A stretch of 22,028 nucleotides of DNA from Lama guanicoe (GCA_013239625.1 MU053792.1:259618-281645), one strand, 5' to 3'. Counted from the first letter of the stretch, positions 10,851 to 20,876 are shown. Translations and numbers: made by a program. Notes: generated by a model from the sequence alone, not told the origin.

Positions 10851-11378
10851 TCGCATTTCGTAGGTTGCTTTTCACTTTTGTGATTCTTCCTTTTGTCGTG
10901 CAGAAGATTTTCTGTTTGATGTAGTCCCACTTAATCATTTGTGTCTCTGCTTGTTTTTGCTTTTGGTGTTGTGTTCAAAAAGTCATCGCCAGTGCCCAAG
11001 TCAAGGAACTTTCTCCTTGTTTTCTTGTAGGAGTTTTACGTCTTACATTGAAGACTATCCGTTGTAAGTTAATTCTTGTGAGTGGTTTAAGATAGAAACC
11101 TCATTTCATTCATTTGTATATGAATGTTCAGCTTTTCCAACACCATTTATGGAAGAGCATATATTAATCCCATTTAGCATCCTTGACTCCCTTGTCAAAT
11201 ATTACTTGACTGTATATGCGCAGGTTTATTTCTGGGCTCCTGACTCTGGCTAGTACCATAAGTTTGGATCACTATAGCTTTATAATATAGTTTGAAATCA
11301 GAAAGTGCCATCTTTACAGCTTTGTTTTTCTCAAGGTTGTTTTTGCTACTTGGAGTCTTTTGTGGATACATATGAATT
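10851..11378 (-). mobile_element. LINE-1 ORF2 segment; inverted 5' part of a twin-primed L1
   Basis: ORF 10717..10938 begins IKWDYIKQKIFCTTK; also ttttccaacaccatttat and gtttgaaatcag. Confidence 0.88.
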
Positions 11379-11432
11379 AAAGGGGTTAATATCCAAAATA
11401 TATGAGGAACTCATGCAACTCAATAGCAAAAA
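11379..11432 (+). mobile_element. LINE-1 sense segment at the inversion junction, cut by the ERV integration
   Basis: aaggggttaatatccaaaatatatgaggaactcatgcaactcaatagcaaaaa encodes KGLISKIYEELMQLNSK of ORF2. Confidence 0.85.
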
Positions 11433-11435
11433 TCT

Positions 11436-12038
11436 TGCTGTGGTGATAGATTCTTGCCCTGTCAAAGAAAGAATTCAGAAACAAGACACAGAAGTGAAGA
11501 AAGCAAAGCAAGGATTTATTAAGGGATAGATATACGCTCTCAAGGAACTGCAGGCAGACCCAGGTGGGTAGCTGCCCCGAGTATCTTTGGCAAGCTCGTT
11601 ATATGGGAGTAAAAATGAATGCACAGAATATTCACTGGTGGGGAGGGGTTTGGGGTCATCTTTCCTGATCCTCATCCCAGCTCCAGCTTCCCAGGTGGGG
11701 AGGAAGGATTTTTCATCCTTATTTAGTCTTGATTGGGAAGTTGGATGAGGTTATAATGAACAAGAGGTTACATTTGGACAGAGGTCATAATGACTAAAAA
11801 GTTACCTTCAGATGGTGGGGATTTCGGTCCTGTCCCACCCTTCTGCCTCCAGGACACTTGTCAGCCCTGAAGGTATGGTTTGGGGTTTTGTCTTTTGTTT
11901 TTTGTTCATCAGTGCGGAGGCTCCTGTTTCTCTTGGTCCGTCCAACGACCGCTGTTGTTCACAAGATGTGTGGTTTTTGGCCTTTTGGCCCGTGTAACCC
12001 TTTCTTGGCTCATATCTAGCCACCTGCCTTCTCTAACA
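11436..12038 (-). repeat. 3' LTR of the provirus (~600 bp)
   Basis: On the minus strand it starts TGTTAGAGAAGGCAGG right after the PPT and ends ...CACAGCA. CATATAA at 11599-11605 and AATAAA at 11515-11520. The 5' end recalls MER50/MER66-group LTRs. Confidence 0.88.
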
Positions 12039-12049
12039 TTTCCCTCTCA
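12039..12049 (-). other. Polypurine tract
   Basis: Minus strand TGAGAGGGAAA directly before the LTR TG. Confidence 0.8.
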
Positions 12050-12182
12050 AGGAGTCTGGACATTTAAAACCTTTTAAGGGGAAAAGGACTGATGGTCAGT
12101 CTTTGGTAACTACTTCAAGCTGAGCATAGGCATCATCCCTACCTGTGAGTCCAGATCTCCTGCTTTCTGTCAGATGGGGGTC

Positions 12183-13504
12183 TCAGGGTGGTTCACAGTG
12201 GCGGGGTCGGAGTGAAGGGATAAAAGGAGGAAGCAGCCACGTCCAGTGGATGCTGAAAGTCTTCTTCTTCAGGTGGGATGGGTTGAAATCCTTGCATAGT
12301 ATCACCTGGAGATGTAATTTTTGGAGTCTGGAAGAGGCAAACTTAACAAGCAGGCTAAATAAGCATAGGCCAAAAATAAATAATAGGATTATCACCACTA
12401 AAGGGCAAAGGAGTGATAAAAGCCAAGTTAAAGATGGGAGGAGCCCCTCCACTGCATTCCAGATTGAATGGGGAGTGGCTCCCTGTCCAAAGTCATGTAG
12501 CCATTTGGCCTGGTTGTGTATTTTGGCTATATCCACCTGTTTCTCTGGTTAGATTTGTCCATGTGCAATATGTTCTATTAATAACTCCACATAGCCCACC
12601 TTGTTCGGTTAAGAGGTAGTTTAGAGCCGGTCTGTTATCCATAACCACATTAGCCAACGAGGCTAAGGTCTTTAGCTTATCAACTGCATCCCCAGTTGTG
12701 GAAGCCAGTTGGCTTACTGCAGCAGAGAGATTTTTTTACAGCAGACTCGTGATAGATGAATCTTCCCCAAGGGGCAGGGACTGCTGTAGTGGCCCCAGTT
12801 CCAACCAAAATAAGTCCAATTGCTCATTTTTGTTAATGAATGGGTTCTGATAGTTTATAGAGAATGATCGCAGTGGGGATTAGGTAACCAAAGGAGCATT
12901 CCCCTTGATGCCAGGGGTTTTCTAAACAGGGGCAGGCTCGTGTCAGTTGAGAGGTGGGGCCAGAGGGGTGTCCACATTTAAAAACACGTCCTAGTGGAGC
13001 ACAGAGTCTTTGGGGCATTGAGTTGTTAAGAGTTAGGAGTTGTTGAGCCCAGCGAAGTGAGGACTACTTTGGCTTTTGACATAAGGCCATTTAGTTTGCC
13101 ACTGATAAGAGGAAATCAACTTGACCTAGAAAACATTGACTGAGAAGGGGTAAAAAGGGAAGAATGCTGGCTCCCAGTAGAGAGCTGGTGGCTGGAATTT
13201 GACCAGCCCAATAAGCACATTTTCCCTGGCTGTTTAAGGTGATGGGGCACCAGAAATCTCCTTCTGTATCAAAGAACATGGAGAGTGCAATTACTTCGGG
13301 TATATGGGGTTTGGTTTAGCCGTGGTTGGACCCACTCGGGTGCCTTGATTTGTCTTTTTCTTAGAACAGATAAGTCACAAGAGAAGCATGGTTTGTTCAG
13401 TTCCGGGAGTTCGGGAGATATTAAGGTGTTCCCTTCCCAGGGCTGAAGTGTAAAACAGGGTCTGTAAGTGTAGAAAGGATAAGGTAAATCAAAGGTAATC
13501 TCAT
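12183..13504 (-). pseudogene. env: Retroviral envelope, EnvV (ERVV-1/2)-like, disabled by stops and frameshifts
   Basis: Signal MRLPLIYLILSTLT from ATG 13504; WEGNTL; CAPLGRVFKCG; fusion peptide AIGLILVGTGATTAVPAPWGRFIYHE; ISD MDNRPALNYLLTEQGGLC (12589-12642); CGVINRTYC; WLHDFGQG...LPSLTWLLSLLCPLVVIILLFIFGLCLFSLLVKFASSR. Confidence 0.93.
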
Positions 13505-13617
13505 TATGACAGCCATAAAGGGATTAAAAGTGGAGGGAGAGGTATGTGCAAGGGTGAGGATGCCTGCTTATCTGGGGAGGTAAACTTAAGCCTTCTAATT
13601 GGTTCACAGGGGTGCTA

Positions 13618-13743
13618 TCAAAACCAGTACAGACAGAGATTCCTCTCAGGTAAAGGTAGGGAGCTAGGGCGACACTTGTAAAAGATTTTGAGAGCAAGAA
13701 GGAGCGTGAGGAGGACAATACGAACCCAAGTCCACCAGAGCAT
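13618..13743 (-). CDS. Putative 41-aa hydrophobic accessory microprotein between pol and env
   Basis: ATG at 13743 (GACATG, purine at -3) to TGA at 13618, followed by an in-frame TAG: MLWWTWVRIVLLTLLLALKIFYKCRPSSLPLPERNLCLYWF. It is too short to appear in the ORF track. Confidence 0.35.
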   Translation of the reverse strand: MLWWTWVRIVLLTLLLALKIFYKCRPSSLPLPERNLCLYWF

Positions 13744-13806
13744 GTCACTTAGTTTGAGGGGGGCTCGGGTACCAGAAGGCAAAGGGGAAATGGTGGCTGT
13801 CTGTAC

Positions 13807-16800
13807 TCAGCCTTGGGTAAAGTTTCTTCGTCCTTCCTTGAACAAGAGCATCAGGTCTTGAAGAGGCTCAATCGTCCACCTGGTTGTCCTCTTCTGGTTG
13901 TCCAAGGTCTTCTGTGTCCTGGGAAGACTCCGGGGGAGGGGTAGTTTTAATTCTAGGAAGGTTCACTCGACTAGTGATGCCCTGAAGTTATACTGCAGCT
14001 GGAGTGATGAGGAGGATCTGGTAAGGCCCCCTCTGCTTGGCAGTAGTTGATCAGAGGAGGACCCATCTCCCCATGTTTTTAGGGGGACAAAGTCTCCCAG
14101 CTGAACCTGAATACAGACTGTTTCTTGGCTGGGGGCCGGCCAAACCTGATCTCCATATTCCGAAGTCGCCTTTTGGCCGTGTCCCAGAATAACTGGGTAC
14201 TTAATGAGCCCGCTGGTTTCAGAGTCCACCAATAAAGCAGAAGATAAAAGGGGTCTACCAAAGTCATTTCAGAGGGGCCGTAGTCCTTTTGAGGTGCCAC
14301 CCTGATTCTCAGGAGGGCTGTGGGTAAAAGTTTTGTCCAGTGTCTCTTGACAGAGGATTCTTTTCAAAGTCTGGTTTGCCCTTTCCACTTTCCCAGATGC
14401 TTGAGGGCTCTAGGCAGCGTGGAGGTGGCAGCAAATGCCTAGGGCAGCCGAGATTTGTTGCATAATCCTAGCCACAAAAGACGGGCCATTATCATTTTGT
14501 AAAGACCGAGGGAGTCCGAACCTAGGAATTATTTCTTTTAATAATGCCTTTATAACCTCCTGCGATTCCTCTGTCCTTGCTGGAAAGGCTTCCACCCACC
14601 TGGTGAAATTGTCAGGAAAAACCAGGAGGTATTTACATCCCTGGAGGATGGCGTCTGGGTAAAGTGTGCCTGCCGGGCCTCCCCGGGTAAGTTCCTCTCC
14701 TCTGGGTGGGCTGGAGGAGGGGTGGGGGCCTAAGTGTCCCCCAGGGTTGTCGTGGTAGCACGCATTACAGGCACTAGTAACTTCTAAGACAGTCTGAGGG
14801 AGGCCTATGGCAGGGAAAACTTTCTCCATCCGCCTAGTCAAAGCACCCCTCCCAAGATGAGAACAGTCATGGAGTGACTTCAAAATTTTCCGATGTAGTG
14901 CCCTGGACAGCATTACTGTTCGTTCCTTAGTCCAGCAGCAATCAGACACCCCTTTGGCGTCCCCTATTCCTAGCCCATTTTACCTCCTTGTCTGTATACT
15001 GAGCTGGTGAAAGCAGGCTAGGGGGTGGCATATGAGGGAGCAGGCGGCTTGGGTTGAAGGGGTTTTAAGAGCTGAGCTCTTTGCTTCTTGGTCAGATTAT
15101 TTCCTGTTATTAAGTCCCAGTTTCCCTTCTGATGTCCCTGGCGGTGGGTCACTGCCACCACCTCGGGGTCTCGTATTGCGTCTAGGAGCTCTAAGATCTC
15201 CTGGCAGTGCTGGACTGGGGAGCCCCGTGCAGTCAGGTGTCCCCTGTGTTTCCCAGTGGCAGCGTGCGCATGTGGCACCAAAGGTGCATGCTTGGAACCT
15301 GTATGGATTTTGAGCCTCTTGTCTTTTCCTAGTCTGAGAGCTCGAGCTAGGACTATAAGCTCAGCTTTTTGTGCCAAGATCTGGGGTGGCAGGGCATCTT
15401 TGATCTTATGTAAGTCTGCTACAGCATACCCAGCTTTCTGGACACCGTCTGTGTGTAGTTACTTCTATCAGTAAACCAGACAGCATCAGGGTCCTCGAGG
15501 GGCTGGTCCCTAAGGTCTGGTCTGCTAGAGTATGCATGTTTGATGGTCTCAGTGCAAAAATGAGCCAAATCTTAAGGACTTTCTATTGGCATAAGGGTGG
15601 GTGGCTAGATTTAAAGTCTGACATATTTTAAGAGTTACTTCAGGAAAGTCAAGAAGGAGGGCCTGATATTTTGTGAGGCATCCCCCAGTCAGCCATTTAA
15701 TTTGCCCTTTAATTCCTTTTTTTTAACACTTTTGATTGATTTATAATCATTTTACAATGTTGTGTCAAATTCCAGTGTAAAGCACAATTTTTCAGTTATA
15801 CATAAACGTATATATATTCATTGTCACATTGTTTTCTCTGGGAGCTACCATAAGATCTTGTGTATATTCCCCTGTGCTATACAGTATAATCTTATCTATT
15901 CTACAATTCTGAAATCCCGTCTATCCCTTTCCACCCTCCACCCCCTTGGCAACCACAAGTTTGTGTCCTATATCTATGAGTCTGTTTTTGTTTTGTATTT
16001 ATGCCCTTTAATTTCTAATACTCCCTGTACCTGGTGTGGGGTTAGCACTTCCAGGGACTGGCCCATGGTGACTTTTGCAGCCTCTTCAACCAGCAGGGCT
16101 ACGGCTCCCAGGCAGCCTGGCCAGCCTGAGCCACTGGGTCCGGTTGCTTGCAGAGGCAGGCCACCAGTCGTGGACTCGGCCCCACCTTCTGGGTGAGGAT
16201 GCCCGGGGCGATTCCCTGTTTTTCTGAGGCAAGCAGAGTAAGGGGCTTGTTAAGGTCTGGGATCCCCAGGGCTGAGGAACTAGTTAAGCTGATCAAAGGC
16301 TTTTTGTAAACTCCCTGTCCAGTCTAGAGGTTCCATGTCTGCTCCCTTTAAGGCTTCAAATAATGGTTTTGCCATGAGATCAAACCCAGGGATCGAAATC
16401 CTACAAAACCCAGCCATTTCTAAGAAAGTCCTAAGCTGTTTCTTAGTATGTGGTGGCTGTAAGTGGAGGCTTGCCTCCTTTTGCTTATAAGGGCACATAT
16501 TCCTGGGCTTAGAATATGTCCCAGGGAGGTAGGTAACTCTCTGCGAGGAAATCTGGGCTTTCTGTGGAGATGCTCTGTATCCCCCGTAGCCCGGGGAGCT
16601 GAGGACCTGTACAGTGTCTTTGTCTGAAGCTTCTTTTGAGGGGCTGCAGATAAGGAGGTCATCTACATATTGTAGTAATGCCCCCGTCTCTAATTTTAGT
16701 TCCTTTCCTAGGGAATTACCAAACAAGTGTGGGCTGTCCCAGAATCCCTGAGGAAGGACAGTCCAGGCATATTGTTGGGTTTCATTGGTGTCTGAGTCAA

Positions 16801-17263
16801 ACCATTACAAAGTAAATAGGTATTGGGACTCAGGGTGAACAGGTGTAAGATCAAGGACTGTAAACCGGGCTGTGTCCTCAGGGATCTGAGTAAGAATTGT
16901 ATATGGGTTGGGAACAACTGGATGAAGAGGAATTACACCTTCAATTACAATTTGAAGATCTTGGGCCATTCTGTATTCCTCGTTTGGTCTGAGGACAGGT
17001 GGGATTGGACTGTAACAGGGAAGCTGGCATGGCACCAAAAGCCCGTATTTGATGAACTTTGAGATTAGGGGTTGGAGGAGTCATCAAGCGTTTGGTTTTA
17101 TGGAATAATGGCACCTGCAAGGGACGTTGTTAGCCTCTTTTAAGGCAATTTTTACAGGAGTGACAAACTTTGCCTTTCCTGGAATTCCCTGATCCCAGAT
17201 CTGTGGATTTATAAGTTTTCTAATTTCTGGGGAAATATTTTGGCCTGGACGGTTTGTGTCTTC
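13807..17263 (-). pseudogene. pol: Retroviral pol (RT, RNase H, integrase), disabled and interrupted by an L1
   Basis: INPQIWDQGIPGKAK; YRMAQDL; VVPNPYTILTQIP; VLPQGFWDSPHLF; LLQYVDDLLI; WLTGGCLTKYQALLL; WFTD; AQKAELI; H-x3-H...CNAC; EIIPRFGLPRSLQNDNGPSF; SGKVERAN; GPYQILL; EPLQDLMLLFK...stop at 13807. Confidence 0.95.
15718..16001 (-). mobile_element. Young L1 3' fragment (~285 bp) inserted in the pol connection domain
   Basis: Poly(T) and a 3' end like 1731-2020. 15-bp TSD tgccctttaatt(c/t)ct at 15703-15717 and 16002-16016. Confidence 0.93.
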
Positions 17264-17608
17264 TCATATGTGGAAGCTAAAAAAAGAAAAAGAAAAAGAA
17301 GACACTAACGAGCCTATCTACAAAACAGAAACAGACACACAGACATAGTAAACAAACTTGTGGATACCAAGGGGAAAGGGGGTGGGAAGGGATAAATTGG
17401 GGGTTTGAGATTTGCAAATATTAACTACTTTATATAAAATAGATTTTAAAAATTCTGTACAGCACAGGGGACTATATTAAATAACTTGTGGTAACCTATA
17501 ATAAAAAAAAACATGAAAAGGAGTATATATATATATGACTGAAACATTATGCTGTACCCCAGAAATTGACACATTGTAACTGACTATACTTCAATTAAAA
17601 AAAAAAAA
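17264..17608 (+). mobile_element. L1 3' end (artiodactyl type) with poly(A), abutting the truncated pol
   Basis: tatgtggaagctaaaa...tctacaaaacagaaacagac...ctgtacagcacagggg...ctatacttcaattaaaaaaaaaaaa. No TSD visible. Confidence 0.9.
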
Positions 17609-19344
17609 CTTCTTTACACTTGTATTTGTTTTCAAGTGTGTTATTGAGGTAAAAGTTACCATCTTACCTAACTACTACTTAAATATTTTATTAAGATATC
17701 TCATGGTCTTTTACAAAGATAGGACTAAAAGAAGATTCATGGAAATTCCTCTGAAAACCTTGGCCTTGAGCCAACCCAAGTCTTACAAAGAATGTAAATG
17801 AGTCAGCCTGTGCCTCATAACTGAGATCCAGAAATAGCTTTGAAACTTACAATGAACCAAAGACATACATTCTCCAGCAGACAATGGACAACACTGAGAT
17901 TCCAGTGAACCGTACAGAAATAGAGAATCATGCAATATTTCAGCTTGTTTTAAATTATAAATGATTCTCAAAATACAAATTATGTTTCTGCTTAATTTAT
18001 CATTATTCATTGATCTTTCTAAAGCTCTTCCTAGAGATGCTATATTCTGATTTATGTTTCATGTTAAAAAGAAAGGGATTTTTTTTTTCTAGCAAAAAAG
18101 TCATGTGTCTTACATAGTACAGGAATGACATGAAGAGGGTCATTGGGAAAGTATGCATTATAGAAACATATATTTCTGCAACTCTTGAGTAAGAGAAATT
18201 GAAGCCAGTCAGCAAGTAACCCTTGTTGGGATCCTGGCATTCTGGGAACTATTCATTGTGCCTCCTGGATATCATTTGAGTCAGCACACAAATAACATTA
18301 TCAGTTGTGGTTTTCTGACTTCTCTGAGCAGAAAGGGAATAAGGCAAACCAAATTATGTTGCTACAATGCTGGTTGACTTTGAAATTATTTTGAAACCAA
18401 ACTTGCTTATAATGAAGACCTAATCTGATACTAGTGCACAAAATGCAGGCATTTTGTGTTTAACAAGGACTATTATTTAAGAGTCAGAATGCCTATAGTT
18501 ATGGTTGTAGAGATTAGAAGAGCTGATTGCCTTGCAAACTTGATTAAATGCACAAAAAGGAAGTGGCCAGTGTTGAAAGGAGAATTAAAAATATATAACT
18601 AAAGCCTTCAAAAGAAAATCACTGTCTTCTTTTGTTGACATGTCAGCAACGTGTAAGGTTGCCATGACTTTAAATCAGGATGAGATTTCAATGAAAATAA
18701 TGTATCCATCAACCCTTGTTCTTGAATTTTCTTCTTCTCTGGAAAGTGTCAACTTTAACATGAATATCACTTGAGCTGAAATATGAAAATTAAAGGGTTA
18801 TGCTTAAAGCCCCAATCCTTCTAATGAAAATTTGAAAAGTGAACTGTTTAGAAATACTTTTATTGTTTTAAGCTTTGATAATTTTGAAAATAATTATCTT
18901 TACCTAATAGTCATGGCAAAAAAAATACATACATTAATCACAGTATTTTTTCTTTTTCCATAGTGCAATCTGAGAACACAACAATATTACATTATTAAGT
19001 TTTATTTACTGCTCCTCAGCAGCATTATTACTGTTCTCCAATCTTTAAGAAAAGCACACTGTGAACAAAAATTGTTCCCAGGAGAGAACAGGCAGAGCTC
19101 TGACATTTAAGTAATTTTCAAACATCCAGAACCAAGTATATTTTCCAGTTAGTACAGTTTGACATTTATAAATCTGTTTAGAATTTTTTGTTTGCATTAT
19201 TTATTTCCATTTTTATATTTGTTTTTTTAGCATGTGCCGTATTTTACCTGTTGTTCTCAGGGAACTGAGTTTGCAGACATGAGTTATTACACCCATGTCT
19301 TGGATACAACACAATGACTTTTCTGTGTTTAAACCAGATTGAAT

Positions 19345-19400
19345 ATACTAAAGAGTAGCTAGTATACAGTAGGAGCTCAATTAATGTTTGTAGCTATGGG
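19345..19400 (+). mobile_element. Possible MIR/L2 3'-terminal remnant
   Basis: tacagtaggagctcaattaatgttt. Confidence 0.3.
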
Positions 19401-19688
19401 AAAATCTATATATAAACTTGACTTGAAATGTGTTAATTTATGATTTTGCCATTCCTTTTGGAATTCTTCAAATCATTTGAAAGAGTACAGTGGAATGATT
19501 CTTCCTCATGGCACTTCGTTTATATATCATTTCTCTTTACAGTCGTAGCATTCACATAATTTCTCTCTGAAGAAATTTCTTGAATCTGTCTTCATTGCTC
19601 GTGTATTTCTGAACAAAAATTTATAAACTCATGTTATACCTTTTAGTCACTACCAGTTCACTTCTCTAAGAATCCCCCTTTTTCTTAC

Positions 19689-19853
19689 CTGGCCTCATGG
19701 TGTACGTACACAACAACACATTCTTGACCCCTCTCTCTTTGAAAAGTTGACTACTGTACGATTTGGATTTGAATCAGGAGTTAACATCAATACAGTAGTG
19801 GTTTCTTTCCTTTATCTCTAGCTACACTAGCCAATATAGCTATGGTCCTAAGT
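19689..19853 (-). other. Candidate 165-nt exon (non-coding, UTR or pseudogenic)
   Basis: Minus strand: long pyrimidine tract ...tttctctctttggtatttcctcatAG| and donor CAG|GTAAGA. Stops in all three frames. Confidence 0.35.
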
Positions 19854-20156
19854 CTATGAGGAAATACCAAAGAGAGAAAATGAAACGGAAATAGAGAAAG
19901 ACAAATGAATAGGCATAAAACAAAGAGAAAGTCATGAAAGAGAGTGTGTTTAGAAAGGCAGAAGTAGAGGGACCAAGACAGTGAAAGCATCAGAGACATG
20001 GAAGAAAAGCAGCAGTCAATTTTATTTTTAAATTGAGATTTTCCTGAGCAATTAGGAAATTTCCCATGTAAGGACGTTCATAGGGAGCTTGGTAGCCAGA
20101 CACAGAGAAACAGGTAATATTTCCCTCCAGTTATATACTTGGGTATTTGGCCTAAT

Positions 20157-20365
20157 TAGTAGTGGATTGATGAAGGCCCCCCTCAAAAAAAAACCAGCAT
20201 TCTAATCCCTGGAAACTGTGACTGTGACCTTATTGGGGCGGGGGAGGGGGATGGTCTTTGCAGATATAACTGAGTTAATGATTTTGAGCTAAAATCATCC
20301 TGAATTACCCTGGTGGGCCTTAAATGTAATGGTACATGTCCTTGTAAGAGACAGAAGAAGGGAAA
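20157..20365 (+). mobile_element. MaLR LTR (MLT1-type) 5' fragment
   Basis: ctaatccctggaaactgtgactgtgaccttatt...gtctttgcagatataa...atcatcctgaattacc...gtgggccttaaat...gtccttgtaagagacaga. Confidence 0.85.
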
Positions 20366-20416
20366 AAGCCCCTGTGAAAATGAAAGATTCCCTGTGTGGG
20401 GAGGTTTCACTCCCTG

Positions 20417-20493
20417 ACACACACACACACATGCACATGCACACACCCACACACACACGCTCACACACACACTCACACACACACACCTCACAC
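20417..20493. repeat. Imperfect (CA)n microsatellite
   Basis: About 75 bp of interrupted CA repeats. Confidence 0.95.
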
Positions 20494-20802
20494 CCAGAAA
20501 CAAAGTCCACAAGGATGGAAGATAACTGAGACTGAGGAGGTGTCTGTAATCTAGAATGCAGACACCACTGCATAATCTTTGTAACCATTTGATATGAACC
20601 AATTTAAAATGGTGACTTCTTGAAGACAATTTGTGCTCTGTCAAATCTGAAAGATCATTTATGAACGATGCATGGGTTCTTCATACACTAAACTAAGTCA
20701 CTTTATACACTTCTGCCTGAAAAGAAATACGATCATTAATGCTATACAAGATGAGATAATGATAAATAATACTCGAATTCATAAAGGTGGCGCTGAGAAT
20801 AC

Positions 20803-20876
20803 CTTCCGATATTCTCTTTAGTTCATCAGCTACTTTCATGACAGTTGAGAGCGTTACTGCGAAGTTCGTTTTGAGC
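20803..20876 (-). other. Candidate 74-nt exon
   Basis: Minus strand: tattttgtcAG|GCTC...GGAAG|GTATTC. One frame is open (LKTNFAVTLSTVMKVADELKRISE). Four CpGs in a CpG-poor context. Confidence 0.25.

Larger units (their letters stand above)
11436..17263 (-). mobile_element. 5'-truncated class I (gamma-like) endogenous retrovirus: pol, small ORF, env, PPT, 3' LTR
   Basis: RT YVDD, RNase H, integrase HHCC/DNG/E and GPY motifs, env ISD and TM, PPT and LTR, all in colinear order on the minus strand. Confidence 0.96.

Noticed and set aside
12183..13504. env as an intact captured syncytin-like gene
   Set aside because: Multiple frameshifts, stops at the furin site and a broken CX6CC. Only a 117-codon TM tail is open.
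20183..20644. 153-aa Cys/Val-rich ORF and overlapping His/Thr-rich ORF
   Set aside because: These are translations of the (CA)n microsatellite and MLT1 sequence.
19689..20876. Faint death-domain-like look of the joined candidate exon peptide (ISEDLG...L..L.I)
   Set aside because: Too few matching positions and three stops. Not supportable without a profile search.
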